DNA of 63,625 bases from Basidiobolus meristosporus CBS 931.73 (taxonomy: Eukaryota > Fungi > Basidiobolomycota). The stretch's first letter is position 1. Each line of letters opens with the position of its first letter. The translations under genes and the position numbers were made by a program. The notes below the pieces were generated by a model. It was not told where the DNA came from, searched no databases, and was given only the letters and a program-made list of their open reading frames with translations. Positions 13,512-26,400 of this stretch are shown in pieces. The stretch lies in contig MCFE01000517.1 of NCBI GenBank assembly GCA_002104905.1, positions 1 through 63,625 on the forward strand, given 5' to 3'.

Positions 13512-13860
13512 TGTTGTAAGAGTCTTGGAGATACTGGAAGTGATTGGGAGAACAAGTAGATTATGTGGTTTTCACTTAATGATTTATTGAATGTAAAAGT
13601 GGTATTTATACTTTTACCTGGTCTTGGCATTACAAACACATAGAATAGGTTAAGGAAGGTCCCAAGAACATGTGTGCAAAGTTTGGGGCTGTTTGGACAA
13701 CTTTGAGAATTTTCATGTTCTGGGTATCTGGTATTTTGGTGAAAATATTCAAAGTAAATCCTGACAAGGAATTTGGTCAGTATTCTCTAGGATTTGAAGG
13801 TGATGATCTAAGTGACTAAGTTAGGTGAATATTTAGGTGGAAATACGAATTTTTACAACA
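13512..13860 (-). repeat. 3' LTR of Copia-1
   Basis: TGTTGTAA...TTACAACA ends, adjacent to the PPT. Confidence 0.97.
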
Positions 13861-13871
13861 CTCCCACTCAG

Positions 13872-16800
13872 CTAAATGTTCATACTGACTAGTCCTAATT
13901 TTGTCCTAAGATATTCAAACTTGTCTCTAGCTAATGGTTTGGTAAATATGTCTGCAATCATTTCATCTGTAGAACAGTAAACTAAGCTAATTAAGTTATT
14001 CTCTATAGCTTCACGTATGAAATGATGTCTAATATCTATGTGCTTGGTTCTAGCATGAAAAGTTGGATTTCTACCTAGTTGTATACATCCTTGATTATCT
14101 TGAAATAAAGTAATAGGCGTTTTTTGACATATGCCTAAATCTGCAAAGAGCTTTCTTAACCACATTGCTTCTTTTGTAGCTTCACAGGCTGCCATATACT
14201 CTGCCTCTGTAGTAGAAAGTGCTACGGTTGGTTGCTTTCTTGAATTCCATGAAATGGCTCCTTTACAGTAAAGAAAGGTGTATCCTGTGGTGGATCTTCT
14301 GTCTTCTAAATTTTGTCCCCAATGAGCATCAGAGTATCCCACAAGATCCTGTTCTAAATCCTTATAAGTGTATCTTAAGCAGATATCAGCAGTTCCTTTT
14401 AGGTATCTAAAAATCCGCTTAACTGCTGCAATATGATCAGATCCATAATTCTGATTATGTTGGCTGACAACTCCCACTGAATATGAAATATCTGGACGTG
14501 TTCCAAGCATGACATACATCAGACTGCCAACCATAGATTGATAAGGAAAGTCAGTGCTTTCAGATGGCACCAAGCTCTCTTGATTTGGTTGAGTTTTGAC
14601 CAAGTTAAGGTTTGTCTCCATTGGGGTAGCTGCCGGTTTACAGTCTTCCATTTTGTACTTCTTTAGTATATCTTGAATATACTTGGATTGGCTTAGGGTA
14701 ATAGTCTGGGTACTTCTGTCAATGGAGAACTTAATCCCTAAGTAGTAACTAAGTTCTCCTAGATCGGACATCTTGAACTCCTTAGATAGGCTGGATTTAG
14801 TCTCTTCCAATGTTTCTAGGTTATTGGCAGCTATAATAAGATCATCCACATATAGAGCTAATAGAACTGGATTTGCTCTATCTGGCTTATAGTATATACT
14901 ATAGTCAGCATTACTCCTTTTGAAACTCAAAGATTCCAAATATGAATCTATCTTGTAATTCCAGGCTCTTAGTGATTGTTTGAGACCATATAGTTACTTT
15001 TTAAGCTTGCAGACCAAATGGGGGTTATCTTGGTCAACAAACCCATCAGGCTGGTCCATATACACGTCCTCATCAAGTTCTCCATTCAAAAATGCAGTTT
15101 TTACATCCATTTGATGAATAAAAAACTTATGTTTGGCTGCAATAGCCAATATTAATCTGATGGAATTAAACTTGGCTACCAGTGCAAAGGTCTCAGTATA
15201 GTCAAGTCCTTTTGTTTGAGAGTATCCTTTGGCTACAAGTCTTGCTTTGTATCTTTCAATTGTACCATCAGCCTTGTATTTTGTCTTGAAGACCCATCTG
15301 CATCCAATTGATTTTTGGTTGATTGGTAATTTGACTAAGTCCCAAGTTTGATTTTCCATCAGGGCCTGATATTCCTCAGTCATTGCAGATCTCCAAAACT
15401 TTGTCTGAGGGCTATTTAGGGCCTCTTTTACAGTTTGGGGTTCATCAATATGGACTGAATAGGCATAGGCAAAGTTTGTACCCTCATTAATATAGTAATT
15501 TGGGCTATTTCTTGTCCGATTTGACCTCCGGGCATTTGATACTGGAATGATCACTTCTGGGATATTCCTGGGCACTGATTCTGGCTGAACCACAGTTGTA
15601 GAGTTCTCTGGAGTGAAAAAATTTTCATTGTTTTGCTCTGATTCAATCCTGACAATTGGTGGACTTGAGATCAAATTTTTGTCATCATCTGATGTCATTT
15701 TTTGTGAAAATTTTGAATTTTCATCAAACAACACATCCTTGGACTTGATATGCTTCTTTGCTTCAGTATTGTAGAGTCTGTATGCCTTACTCTCATTGCA
15801 GTAGCCCAAAAATATGCATTTTACACTTTTTGGCTCAAATTTTGACTGATTTCCGGCCAGTTTTTTGCCATATGCTGTGCACCCAAATATTCTTAGATGT
15901 TCTGCACTTGGTCTGTATCCATACCATGCTTCAAATGGAGTAGAATCACAAAGTATTCTGTTATAACTCCTATTTTTAAGGTATACAGCAGTGGCAACTG
16001 ATTCCGCCCAAAAATCATAGGATAATTTTTGATCATGAATCATAGATCTTGCCATATCAATTATTGATCTGTTAGCTTGTTCTGCTACTCCATTTTGCTG
16101 TGGGGAGTATGGTACAGTAGACTCTTGCTTTATCCCATGAATTTTGCAGAAGTGGATGAAGAGTTTTGAGGTATATTCTCCACCATTGTCAGAGCGTATT
16201 TTCTTGATTTTTTCACCAGTTTCTCTCTCCACAATGGCTTTAAACTCCCTGAACTTAGACAGAGCTTCTTCCTTTCTCTCCATGAAGTAGACCCATGTGT
16301 ATCTTGTATAATCATCAATAAAAGTGATTAAATACTTCATCCCGCCCAAGGATAAATTTTGCATAGGTCCACACAGATCTGAGTGAATTAGATCTAATTT
16401 TTTCTTAGTTTTGATTAACCCAGAGCTCTTGAACGGTTGTCTGGCTTGTTTCCCATATATACAGGCTTCACAGTGCTCCAAATTAGCTGGGGGAGCAATT
16501 TTCACTCCAGAAATTAGCTGATCTTTGATCATTTTACGCAAATAATCAAAATTGATGTGGCCAAATCTCCTGTGCCAAAGCATTGGTGTTACTTCATTTA
16601 AGTTACTTATATTGGCTTCCAGATATGATGGAATGTAAGTCAACTTGTATAGATTCTGATCTCTGATGCCCAAAGCAATATGAGCACCATTTTGATCAGT
16701 GATCCTGCATCCAGAATTGTCAAAACTGAAACTGAGTCCTTCTGCAGTGGCCCTGCTTACAGAGAGTACGTTCTTGGCTATTTCTGGTACATAGAGTACT

Positions 16801-17816
16801 TCTTTAAAGGTCGGTGTATGGCTTCCTTCACTGCTTCTAAGGTTTACTTGGATAGTTCCTTCTCCCACTGCATCAAGTGTTCTATTGTCACCCATGAAAA
16901 CCTTCTTAATTGGAATTTCTTGATATTGGGTAAAAAGTTCTTTTTGGTGTGTAAAGTGTTGAGAAGCTCCGGAGTCAATATACCACGTCTGAGAATCCTT
17001 GTTTGTGGTCATATTTAGTGCAGATATGAATAGTCTATCTTCAGTTGTTGCGGCATTTCCATATTCAGGCTTCTTTTGCTGATAATCTCTCTTTTTGAAA
17101 CACCGGTCTGATGTGTGTCCTCTCCTTTTGCAGTAGTTGCAAAATAGGTTGTTGTTGCCTTTGTAGGGTCTTGGGTACCTCCATTGTTGGTTATCATTGC
17201 TTATTAAAGCATTTTCTTCTTCCTTCTTATTGGCGCTTGATTTTCTTAATTCTTCATCCAGGAGCCTTCCATATACTTAATTTAAGGTCAAATATTCAGT
17301 TCTGGACTCTAGGGCTGATACAAGGCCCTGAAACTCGTCTGTCAGGCTATTCAGGATGGTAACTATCACATCCTCATCAGTAGTTGGTACGCCCACAGAT
17401 TCCATCTCATCTACCAGCAGGGTATTTCTGTTAATTAGATTTTTCATTTCTTCTCCTGGCAGCATCTTTGTAGTAAAGAATTTTCTTCTCAGATACATTT
17501 TCTTGGCAGCTGAACATGACTGGTAGGTGTCTTCTAATGCCTTCCAGGCATTCTTTGCCGTTTTTGCTCTTGAGCATTGAATTAGCAATTTGTCCTTGAC
17601 ATTAAGGCAAATGCAGTTAAAGGCGCTTTGTTCTTTCTTCTGGTACTTTAAGGCTTCCTCTCCCACGTTTTTAGGAGGGCATTCTTCTCCCATGACAATA
17701 TCCCAAAGGCCTCTTTCTTGCAGCAGCATCTTCATCTTCACCTTCCACACTTGGTAGTTAGAGCCATCCAACTTTTCAGCAGAGGGAAAAATTCCAGTAA
17801 TAGCAGTAGTAGACAT
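13872..17816 (-). pseudogene. gag-pol: Copia gag-pol single ORF (~1314 codons) with two in-frame nonsense mutations
   Basis: ORFs 17277-17975, 14994-17012 and 13872-14939 share one frame. Stops at 17277 (TAT>TAA) and 14994 (TCA>TAA) by comparison with the 644-5537 copy. Confidence 0.95.
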
Positions 17817-17847
17817 TGCAGAGAGTGACAGCTTGGGGCTCATAACC

Positions 17848-18196
17848 TGTTGTAAGAGTCTTGGAGATACTGGAAGTGATTGGGAGAACAAGTAGATTAT
17901 GTGGTTTTCACTTAATGATTTATTGAATGTAAAAGTGGTATTTATACTTTTACCTGGTCTTGGCATTACAAACACGTAGAATAGGTTAAGGAAGGTCCCA
18001 AGAACATGTGTGCAAAGTTTGGGGCTGTTTGGACAACTTTGAGAATTTTCATGTTCTGGGTACCTGGTATTTTGGTGAAAATATTCTAAGTAAATCCCAA
18101 CAAGGAATTTGGTCAGTATTCTCTAGGATTTGAAGGTGAAGATCTAAGTGACTAAGTTAGGTGAATATTTAGGTGGAAATACGAATTTTTACAACA
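17848..18196 (-). repeat. 5' LTR of Copia-1
   Basis: 349 bp, followed on the minus strand by GGTTATGAGCCCC. Confidence 0.97.
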
Positions 18197-20724
18197 GATC
18201 CTCCATGTTACTACACTCAGGGGCTTCAATATGTCTAAAGGTTACTGTTGACTGGTGTCCTTTTGTTCTTTGAGTGTAGTACTTTGCAACAGGCCTTCCA
18301 TGAACATTTTGATAGGGTGTTTATCCTATACCACAAACTTGCTGACCTCATTCCAGAGTATCTTCTTGATCTCTTCCAAAACCTCATTAGCAATGGCTTG
18401 GTCCTCTAAGTACTTTGGTAATAGCTAGGCCAATCATATTCACACACCAAGTTGAGTTGCGCAACTTGTTTTAGTCTTGATAAGGCATCAGCAACTTTGT
18501 TGCTTACCCCAGGGCAATAGAGAATCTCCAAGTCAAGTTTCTGAATGTATTCATGCCATTGTATCATTCTCCTTGACAGCACCTTCTGAGTAAATATGTA
18601 CTTAAGTGAGGTGTGATCAGTCTTCACAGTGCACATGACTCCTTTGATACTGCATCTTCAGGTCTTCAAGCAGTACATTATTGCAAGCATCTCCTTTGCA
18701 TGCACTGGATAGTTGTGTTCTGCTGAGCTCAGCTTCTTGGATTAAAACTGGGCAGTCCTTCCCTTCTTATTCTTTGCTCAGTTCTGCACAAATTGCATAA
18801 TCTGAAGCATCTAGGTGCAGTGTAATCCCTTTTCTCAAGTCAGGCTTTCTTAAGCTTGGCTGCTTGGCAAGTTCATTCATGAGCATCTGAAAGCCAGTCT
18901 CACAGGCTATGTCCCACTAAAAGGTCACATGTGTTCCTGGTATCTAACATGCTCCTTCAAAAACTTACCCTTTGCTAGCTTGCCATATATCTTGCACTCT
19001 CTTAGCTTCTTTAAGACCTTTTCAATGTGCACTAGGTGGACCTCTTCTGTCTTGCTGTATATCAATATGCTGTCTAGGTAGATTACCACAAACCTGTCAA
19101 GGTACTCCTGGAAGACAGTTTGCATCAAGGTCATGAATGTTGAAGGGGCATTGGTGAGGCCAAAACTCATGAACAAGTACTTGTAGTGTCCATATCTGGT
19201 TCTGAATGCTGTCTAAGGGATGTCTTCATGTTTCACCTGAATCTGGTTTTATGCTGACATAGGCCAATCTTGCTGAATATGGTGGCTACATTGAGTTGGT
19301 CCAGATGCTCAACAACCGGAGGTATAGGGTACTTATTCTTCTTTGTAACTGAGTTGGGGGCTCTGTATTGAGTGCACATCCCAAGTGATCCATACTTATT
19401 TGTCACAAAAAGCACTGATGAGCCCCAATGTGACTTGCTGGGTCTGATATATCCTTGCTTCCATAGCTGATCTATTTGTCTCTTCATTTCTTTTAGCTCC
19501 AATGGACTCATTCTGTAAGGTATCTTAGTCACTGGAGGGTTATCTCCTGTGTCAATGGCATGATCCACATCTCTACTGGTGGTAGGCTTACAATGGCATC
19601 TGGAAACCTGTCAGTGCATTCCTTCAAAAGAGTCTGGACCTTCTGGGGTGCCTGAGTAGAAAACTCTTCCTGTAATATCATCATGAGGGACATCTGGGTA
19701 CCTTTTCTTAGTGCTCTACATAACTGAGGCTTGCTAAGTTCACTTGTTTCCCACACATTGGAATGGACCAAGTTGAAATCCAGTCTGGCTGGTAGAAGTT
19801 CTTAAGTCTAGTTGTCCTGTTGGATCTGGATGACATGGGTTCTCCAGTTGATTGTTAGCTTATGATGGAATTGCTATGTTTTCCCCAGTTAAAGTCAAAC
19901 CTGCAGTTCCCAGACACATGGGCCTTTAGGCCTTCTTCCTAGTCATTGATCCTCATTCTTACTGGCTGGATAGTATTGTAGATTATGTGCGAGCTCCCAT
20001 CAGCTGTTGAAACTAAAGTTGATTTGGTAGGCTCCAAGTCAATTTCAGCTTTCAAGGCAACTTGCTTGGACATGTACTCATGTGATGCTCCTGAGTCAGA
20101 CATGATCTTGGCAGGTACTCTGTTGATTGCTCCATTCAAATATAATAGCTTCCCTGAGCTTGAGGTCACTTGGGATGAGTATTCTTCTGTTGTATGGAAA
20201 GTAAGCTCCAAGTCTTCTTTAGGTTCATGTTTTATGTTGCTATACTTGAGGGTTGTGATGTGGATGAAGGTTTTTGTTGACTGATATCAGATTCTTCTCT
20301 TAGTGCAATACTTTACAATTTGGCCTTGCTGCTGGCAATTAAAGCATAGTCCTTTCTTCTTACATTCTTCTGAGGTAGGATTCTTCTGCATAGCATCTAT
20401 TTACATTGGCACTGCTACTGATGGTCTTCTTTCATGGTGATTATAGCCTTGGTGGTTAGTCTTTGTGGGCTTCCTAACACCAAACATAGCTGAGTATTAG
20501 TAAATGGCAATCTTCATGTCTTCCTATATAATCTGAGGTCTTTGATAACTAAACTCCTGGCAGGTTCTTTGTTTCTGCCCATCAATAAAGTATTCAACTT
20601 GATCCAGGGGGTCTATTCTTTCAATTTTTTCATGAAGACATTGATTCAAATAGATGTATTCCTAATTCATTTCTTTCTGTGGGAGTGTCTGCAGCTTCCT
20701 TCTAAGTAGTGTCTGCTGGTGGGT

Positions 20725-20940
20725 GATGAAGCTTAATAGAGATGTATTGAAAGTGAAATGGAGAATTAGATGATTTAAATGATTTTCACTTGTTGATATA
20801 TTCAGTTGCAACATAATAATTATACTTATTGCAAAGCTACATACATTTAACTATATGCTCACTATTAGGGAGGTCTCAGGAGCACATGTGCAAAGTTTCA
20901 GCTCATTTGGACAAGTCTCAGATTTTCCTAAAACTGTGCA
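20725..20940 (-). repeat. Old Copia-1-like LTR fragment inside Gypsy gag
   Basis: cacatgtgcaaagtttcagctcatttggacaag resembles catgtgtgcaaagtttggggctgtttggacaac of the Copia-1 LTR. Highly diverged. Confidence 0.5.
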
Positions 20941-21155
20941 CCTATTAATCTTCACACTCAAGTTGATCTTGAACGGGTTTTGCTGGTTCTGGGCCTTGGT
21001 AGTCATTTGTTGTTGCTGCTGGTTGAGGATCTGGAGTAACTGTTGCTGTTGTGCCAGGATTTGCTGCATAGAGTTCTTACACCTTGATTTTCTGACATCT
21101 TGAGGGAGGCTTCTTCTTTCTTTGGAGGGAGGTGTCTGGTTATGGCTGCTACCAA

Positions 21156-21518
21156 TTTACAAGTCTTGACACTAGAGTTGTAGAGGAATATGGAGTTTAG
21201 CAGTATTGTATTTACAAAAACTTGAACTGATCTTTAATGAGGTTCCAGCAGCTCTTTATATAAATTCAGCCAGGTCAGTTGCTGGCTAATTGTATCATAA
21301 CGTAGGATGTGGCTGATGACTCATGTGATTGCATCATCATTGCCCTTGAATCCAAATCAATATACTTATTTCTCTCTGATAAGGATCTGCTGATTCATCA
21401 GCTGACTAGTACTACTGATTTGATAGATAATACTGATATACTGGTAGACTAAGCATAAAGCTAATTAATTTCAACAAAAACAGATCTAAGTTGATCATTC
21501 AAGCGGTATATCATAGCA
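21156..21518 (-). repeat. Gypsy 5' LTR (~363 bp)
   Basis: Abuts the PBS. Clearly homologous to the LTR at 33174-33541. Confidence 0.85.
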
Positions 21519-21519
21519 A

Positions 21520-22680
21520 TCTTAAACTAATCAACCTAACTAAAAATTGATCCAACTTAGTGATTCAAGTGTCAGATCATAAAAACAGCATTTGGAGCAA
21601 GGCATACAGACTTTGAAATATCAAAGCAAAGCTGTGTATCAAGCTTGGGGATGGGCTCTATGATGCAAAGTCTAAATGCTCACAAAAGAGGCTTTCAAAT
21701 ATGCACAAAAAACCATGCACTGGTGCACCAACAGTCGGGATTGAATCAGGGCAGAACAATGAGCATTTTCTGCTCAAGAGGACTTTGCAGCCAGGGTCTA
21801 ACCTAGATACAAGTTCAGAAACATCCCAAAAGGGATCACTCCAGTATCCTAAGGCAAGAGATCCAACTGGATTAGTAGTAGCTAAAGTCACTATGTTGTT
21901 GAAAGAGCAAACATAGCATATACTTGTTCAGTCAATATCAATGGGCTCCAGACTGTGAGAGAGGTCCTTGATAGATTTCAGACAAAGTTTTGGAGATCTG
22001 TTACCAAAGAAGAGTTTCAGGCTCCAATGGAAAGTCAAACTTGAAACTTGATCAAATTATCAATTAGCAAAAATCAATTGGATACACATGAGTCTTGAAG
22101 ACAAAAAATAAGGCTGAAAAACAATTAAAATATACATAGCAAGACTTCTGACTAAAGAAAACTTTCAAACAAAAGGACTAGACTACCCTAAAGCCTTTTC
22201 ATCAATAGCCTGATTTAATTTTATTGGATACAATTTGCTATTGCAACTAAATATAATTTTTTTATCTATCAAATGGATTCAAAACTCCATTTTCAATTGG
22301 GAAGCCTAATGACAATGGGATGCTGCAGTATTCTAATGGTTTGCTGACCAAGAGAGCCTCCATTTGGTCTGTAAGACAAAAAAGTCTTTATATAATCCCA
22401 GGTAAACATCAAGAGCCATGAGTTCCAAGAAAGATACTTATTTGATTTCTTTCAGTTTCCATAGTGCTGCTGATGACTATAGTATGGACCAATGGACAGA
22501 TAGAACAAATCCAGTTCTATTGATTCTGTTTATGGACAATCTGATTGTAGCCCCCAACAATCAAGTAACATTGGAGGAAATTAGATCCATCTTATCAAAG
22601 GATTTTTCACCAAGATTTGTATATAATATTCCAAGTGACAAATTTAGGTGAATATTTATGTAGAATTACAAATCTTACAT
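21520..22680 (+). pseudogene. Heavily decayed Copia-1 pol fragments
   Basis: aaggcatacagact...caaagcaaag linker. ORF 22418-22651 DRTNPVLLILFMDNLI is a degenerate LYVDDL region. Confidence 0.75.
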
Positions 22681-22721
22681 CAATAAGGGAGCCTAGAATC
22701 CAGGAATGAATTGGGTAAGTA

Positions 22722-23412
22722 CTATATGAGAAATTATTTTGCTTATCCCATTATTAGGTTGGCACAAAGTTAAAATCCCATGACTACAAGGAATTGGTCC
22801 CATCAGGACACCATGCAAAGACTGCTAAAAGATGATTGAACCCCATACTCTACTAAAACTTGGTCAAAATTCTGCAACATGACAATGCATAGGTGACTTT
22901 TGATAAATCCTTGGCCAGTTCTGTCACTTTCTGATCCTGGACACCCAATCACCTCCTACTTTTGTGTACATTGATTGGCTATTGCCTCTTTTTCACACTT
23001 CTTGCTGTCCAACTCAATCAATTCTCCTACTTGTCATACATGCATCTTGACTTATTTCTGCTGAAGCTTTAGTTGTTCCTTGATTGGCAAGAGTATTTGT
23101 CTATACAAGTCCCTAAAACCAGTACAAACAATAAGCCCAACCCCACACTCAACAAGAAACTACATTAAATCCACAATTTGGTAAATATTTCTGTTGTAAT
23201 ACCCTTTTTCCATGAGTTTGGCAGGAACCCTGCAGCTTTGTGCCACTGCTCATTCACTAGTTCCTATAGATCTGGGTTTCTAGCCAGCACAGCAAGGTCT
23301 GGTACCACATATGCCAGTTTGGGCAATTAATCCTTGCAATATCTAAGTGCATATCTTGGGGACTGCTCTTGAAAGAAGTGCTGCAACCTCTTGGTGTGCC
23401 TATTGATATTCC
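22722..23412 (-). mobile_element. CACTA right terminus plus ORF2 C-terminal part; continues at 28099-28330
   Basis: Degenerate terminus CTATATGAGAAATTATT at 22722. Homologous to 9000-9650. The host rejoins across the Copia-2 insertion. Confidence 0.75.
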
Positions 23413-26400
23413 TGTTGCAATTTAAGAAGTGATTTGGATATAAGGAACTTATCAAGAAATAGTGATAATAGTTGAACTGTTGTTTATTCATAAAGAAGTT
23501 CAGTATTTATATCTTTGTAGAAGTAATACAGCTGCAACACTAAGTAGGGAGGGTTTCTCAATATTCAGGAGCATTCTGTAACAGTTTCAGGGTTAGTACA
23601 TAATGTTTGGTAATAGTGCTAATTTGATCCTGACTATAGGGGAATAATCATAGGAGCATATATCTGGAGAAAGTGGCGAAGTTAAGGCAGTAAATGAGTC
23701 CTACAGTGACTAAGACTAGCCTAGAATTGTTAAGTAAATTTTTAGCTGCTGAATGATACCAAATAGTCCAATATTTCAACACTCCCCCTCAACTCAATAA
23801 TTTCTTAATCCCAATTTCTCTCTAAGGATCTCAAACTGTGGCCTAGCTAGTGGTTTTGTCAATATGTCTGCCACCATTTTGTCAGTTGGGCAGTAAACCA
23901 GCTCTACTAAGTTATTTTCTACAGCTTCCCTCTCAAAGTGATGCTGTATATCAATGTGCTTAGTTCTGGCATGATTAGTAGGATTTCTAGCTAATGAAAT
24001 ACAACTTTGATTATCCTTGTAAATACATGTTGGTTCACCTGAATTAAAACCTAAGTCTTTGAGTAATTTTCGTAGCCATATAGCCTCCTTAGTTGCTTGA
24101 CATGCAGCCATATATTCGGCTTCAGTTGTAGATAGTGCCACAGTTGGTTGTTTCTTGCAATTCCAAGTAATAGCTGCACCAGCATAAAGAAATACATAGC
24201 CTGTGGTAGAGCGTCTGTCAATCAAATCCCTACCCCAATGTGAATCACTATAACCATCAAATTTTTGCCTATTAGCTGCTCCAGAGTATTCCAGTACCAT
24301 ATTTATGGTACCTTGTAGATATCTGAAAATCCGCTTAACTGCTGCAATTTGATCTGATCCATAATTCTGCATGAATTGACTGACTATTCCAACTGCTACT
24401 GCAATATCTGGACGTGTAGACACCATCAAGTACATTAGGCTACCGACCATTGATTGATAGGGAAAGTTTTGGTCCATATTTGAGCCGTTTTCATCTATAA
24501 CTGGCTGAGATTTGCTTAATTTCAGGTTATTGTCCATAGGGGTTGCTGCAGGTTTGCAATTTTCCATTTTGAAGCATCTAAGAATGTCCCTGATGTACTT
24601 AGACTGATTCAGCACAATTTTCTGCGTAGGTATGTCAAATTTGACCTCAATTCCAAGAAAATAGCTCAATTTTCCAAGATCTTACATCTCAAACTTGCTG
24701 AAGAGATCTGATTTCGTCTGTTTAAGTGCCTCTTGATCACTTGTAGCTATAGTTAGGTCGTCCACATAAAGAACTAGGATGATCACACCCTTTTTGAGCT
24801 GTTTCACATATATACTGTGATCTGCAGTGCTACGAGAGAACCCAATTTCCTCTAGATATGTGTCAATCTTGTTATACCATGCTCTGGGTGCCTGCTTAAG
24901 CCCATACAATGATTTTCTAAGTTTGCACACCTTATAGGGGCTTTTTGGATCGGTAAAACCTTCTGGTTGCTCCATATATATAGTTTCTTGCAAATCCCCA
25001 TTTAGAAAGGCTGTTTTGACGTCCATTTGGTGTAGATCTAGACTGTGTACAGCTGCCAGGGCTAGAACTGTCCTAATAAAGTTAAACTTGGCAACCGGAG
25101 CAAATGTTTCCTTAAAGTCTAGTCCCTGGATCTGGGAATAGCCTTTAGCTACCAATCTAGCCTTGTACTTATCAACGGCACCATTTGAGGTTATCTTGAT
25201 CTAGTAGACCCATCTACATCCTATTGGCTTTCTCCCATTTGGTAAATCTACCAGTTCCCACGTTTTTGCCTTGTTCAGTGATTGGTACTCCTCCTGCATG
25301 GCTTGTTGCCACTTAGTAGCATATGGACCTTGCATTGCCTGTTCCAGATTCTGAGGTTTGGCACATAAGGCAAGATAAGCTTCTTCATGATCATTGGATG
25401 TCTGCCACCAGGATCCAGGGGCATTTCTTATTCTGGTAGATCTCCTAACTGGGATAATTTGTTCTGATCTGGAACTGGTAGAAGTATCTTCCATCTCTGG
25501 CTGGATTTGGTACGTATCTTCTTCATTTGTGTTGATTGCATCATCAGGCAGCTGGCCAATGATTTCTGTGGCTTTCTGATCTGAACTCTCCTCAAATACA
25601 ACGTCCCTGCTCTTGATCAGCTTCTGAATTTCGCCATCATACACTCTATACCCTTTAGTATCTTCACAATACCCAAGAAAGATCCCTTTTCTACTCTTTG
25701 GTTCCAACTTTGAGCGTTTATTGTCAGAGATGTGATAAAAAACATCACTGCCAAAGATCCTGAGGTGCTGGAGATCTGGTTTTTTGCCTGTATATGTTTC
25801 AAAGGGTGTAGAATCACGTAGTGCTGTTGTTGGGCATCTGTTCTTGATGTATACAGCGGTAGCAACAGATTCAGCCCAAAACTTGTAGTCCATTCCCTTA
25901 TCATGTAGCATAGATCTTCCCATCTCTACTATTGATCTATTTGCACGTTCTGCTACTCCATTTTGCTGTGGAGTATGAGGAACTGTGGTCTGTTGAAGTA
26001 TACCAGTAGACAAGCAGTATTTTGCAAACTCCTTTGAGCAGTATTCTCCTCCATTGTCACTTTGTAGTACCTTCAATTTACACCCAGTTTGTGTTTCTGC
26101 CATGTTCTTGAAGTGCTTAAACGTCTCTAAAGCTTCATCCTTTGTTTTGAGGTAGTACACCCATGTATATCTTGTCTTGTCATCAATAAACGTCATAAAG
26201 TATCTCTTGGCTCCAAAGGACAGTGTTCTCATGGGGCCACATATGTCTGAGAGTACCATAGCCAATATTTTGGTGCTATTGAAGCCTTCTGAGCTCTTGA
26301 AACGTTGCCTAGCTTGTTTGCCATATGGACATCCCTTACAAACATTCAATTTGATCGGAATTGAGTATTTTAGGCCCAAAACAAGCTGATTTTTCACCAA

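Larger units (their letters stand above)
13512..18196 (-). mobile_element. Ty1/Copia family 1, full length, near-intact (4685 bp)
   Basis: Exact TSD GATCC (13507-13511, 18197-18201). Two 349-bp LTRs with 6 differences. PBS GGTTATGAGCCCC and PPT TGAGTGGGAG. Confidence 0.98.
18300..21518 (-). mobile_element. Ty3/Gypsy element, 3'-truncated: 5' LTR, PBS, gag, PR, RT, RNase H remnants
   Basis: Gag zinc knuckle CFNCQQQGQIVKYC; protease SDSGAS (19939-20211); RT pieces DHAIDTGDNPPV..PYRMSP and FGLTNAPSTF..YLDS (catalytic D lost); RNase H TDHTSLKY..ADALSR. PBS TGGTAGCAGCCA at 21143-21154. Confidence 0.9.

Noticed and set aside
639-18201. Copia target preference GATYC (GATTC, GATCC)
   Set aside because: The other sites (ATGTA, TTCTC, GTTCC) do not fit, and the sample is too small.
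20851-21069. Poly-Q ORF as a host transcription-factor fragment
   Set aside because: It lies immediately downstream of the Gypsy PBS and is best read as the low-complexity N-terminus of gag running into an old LTR fragment.
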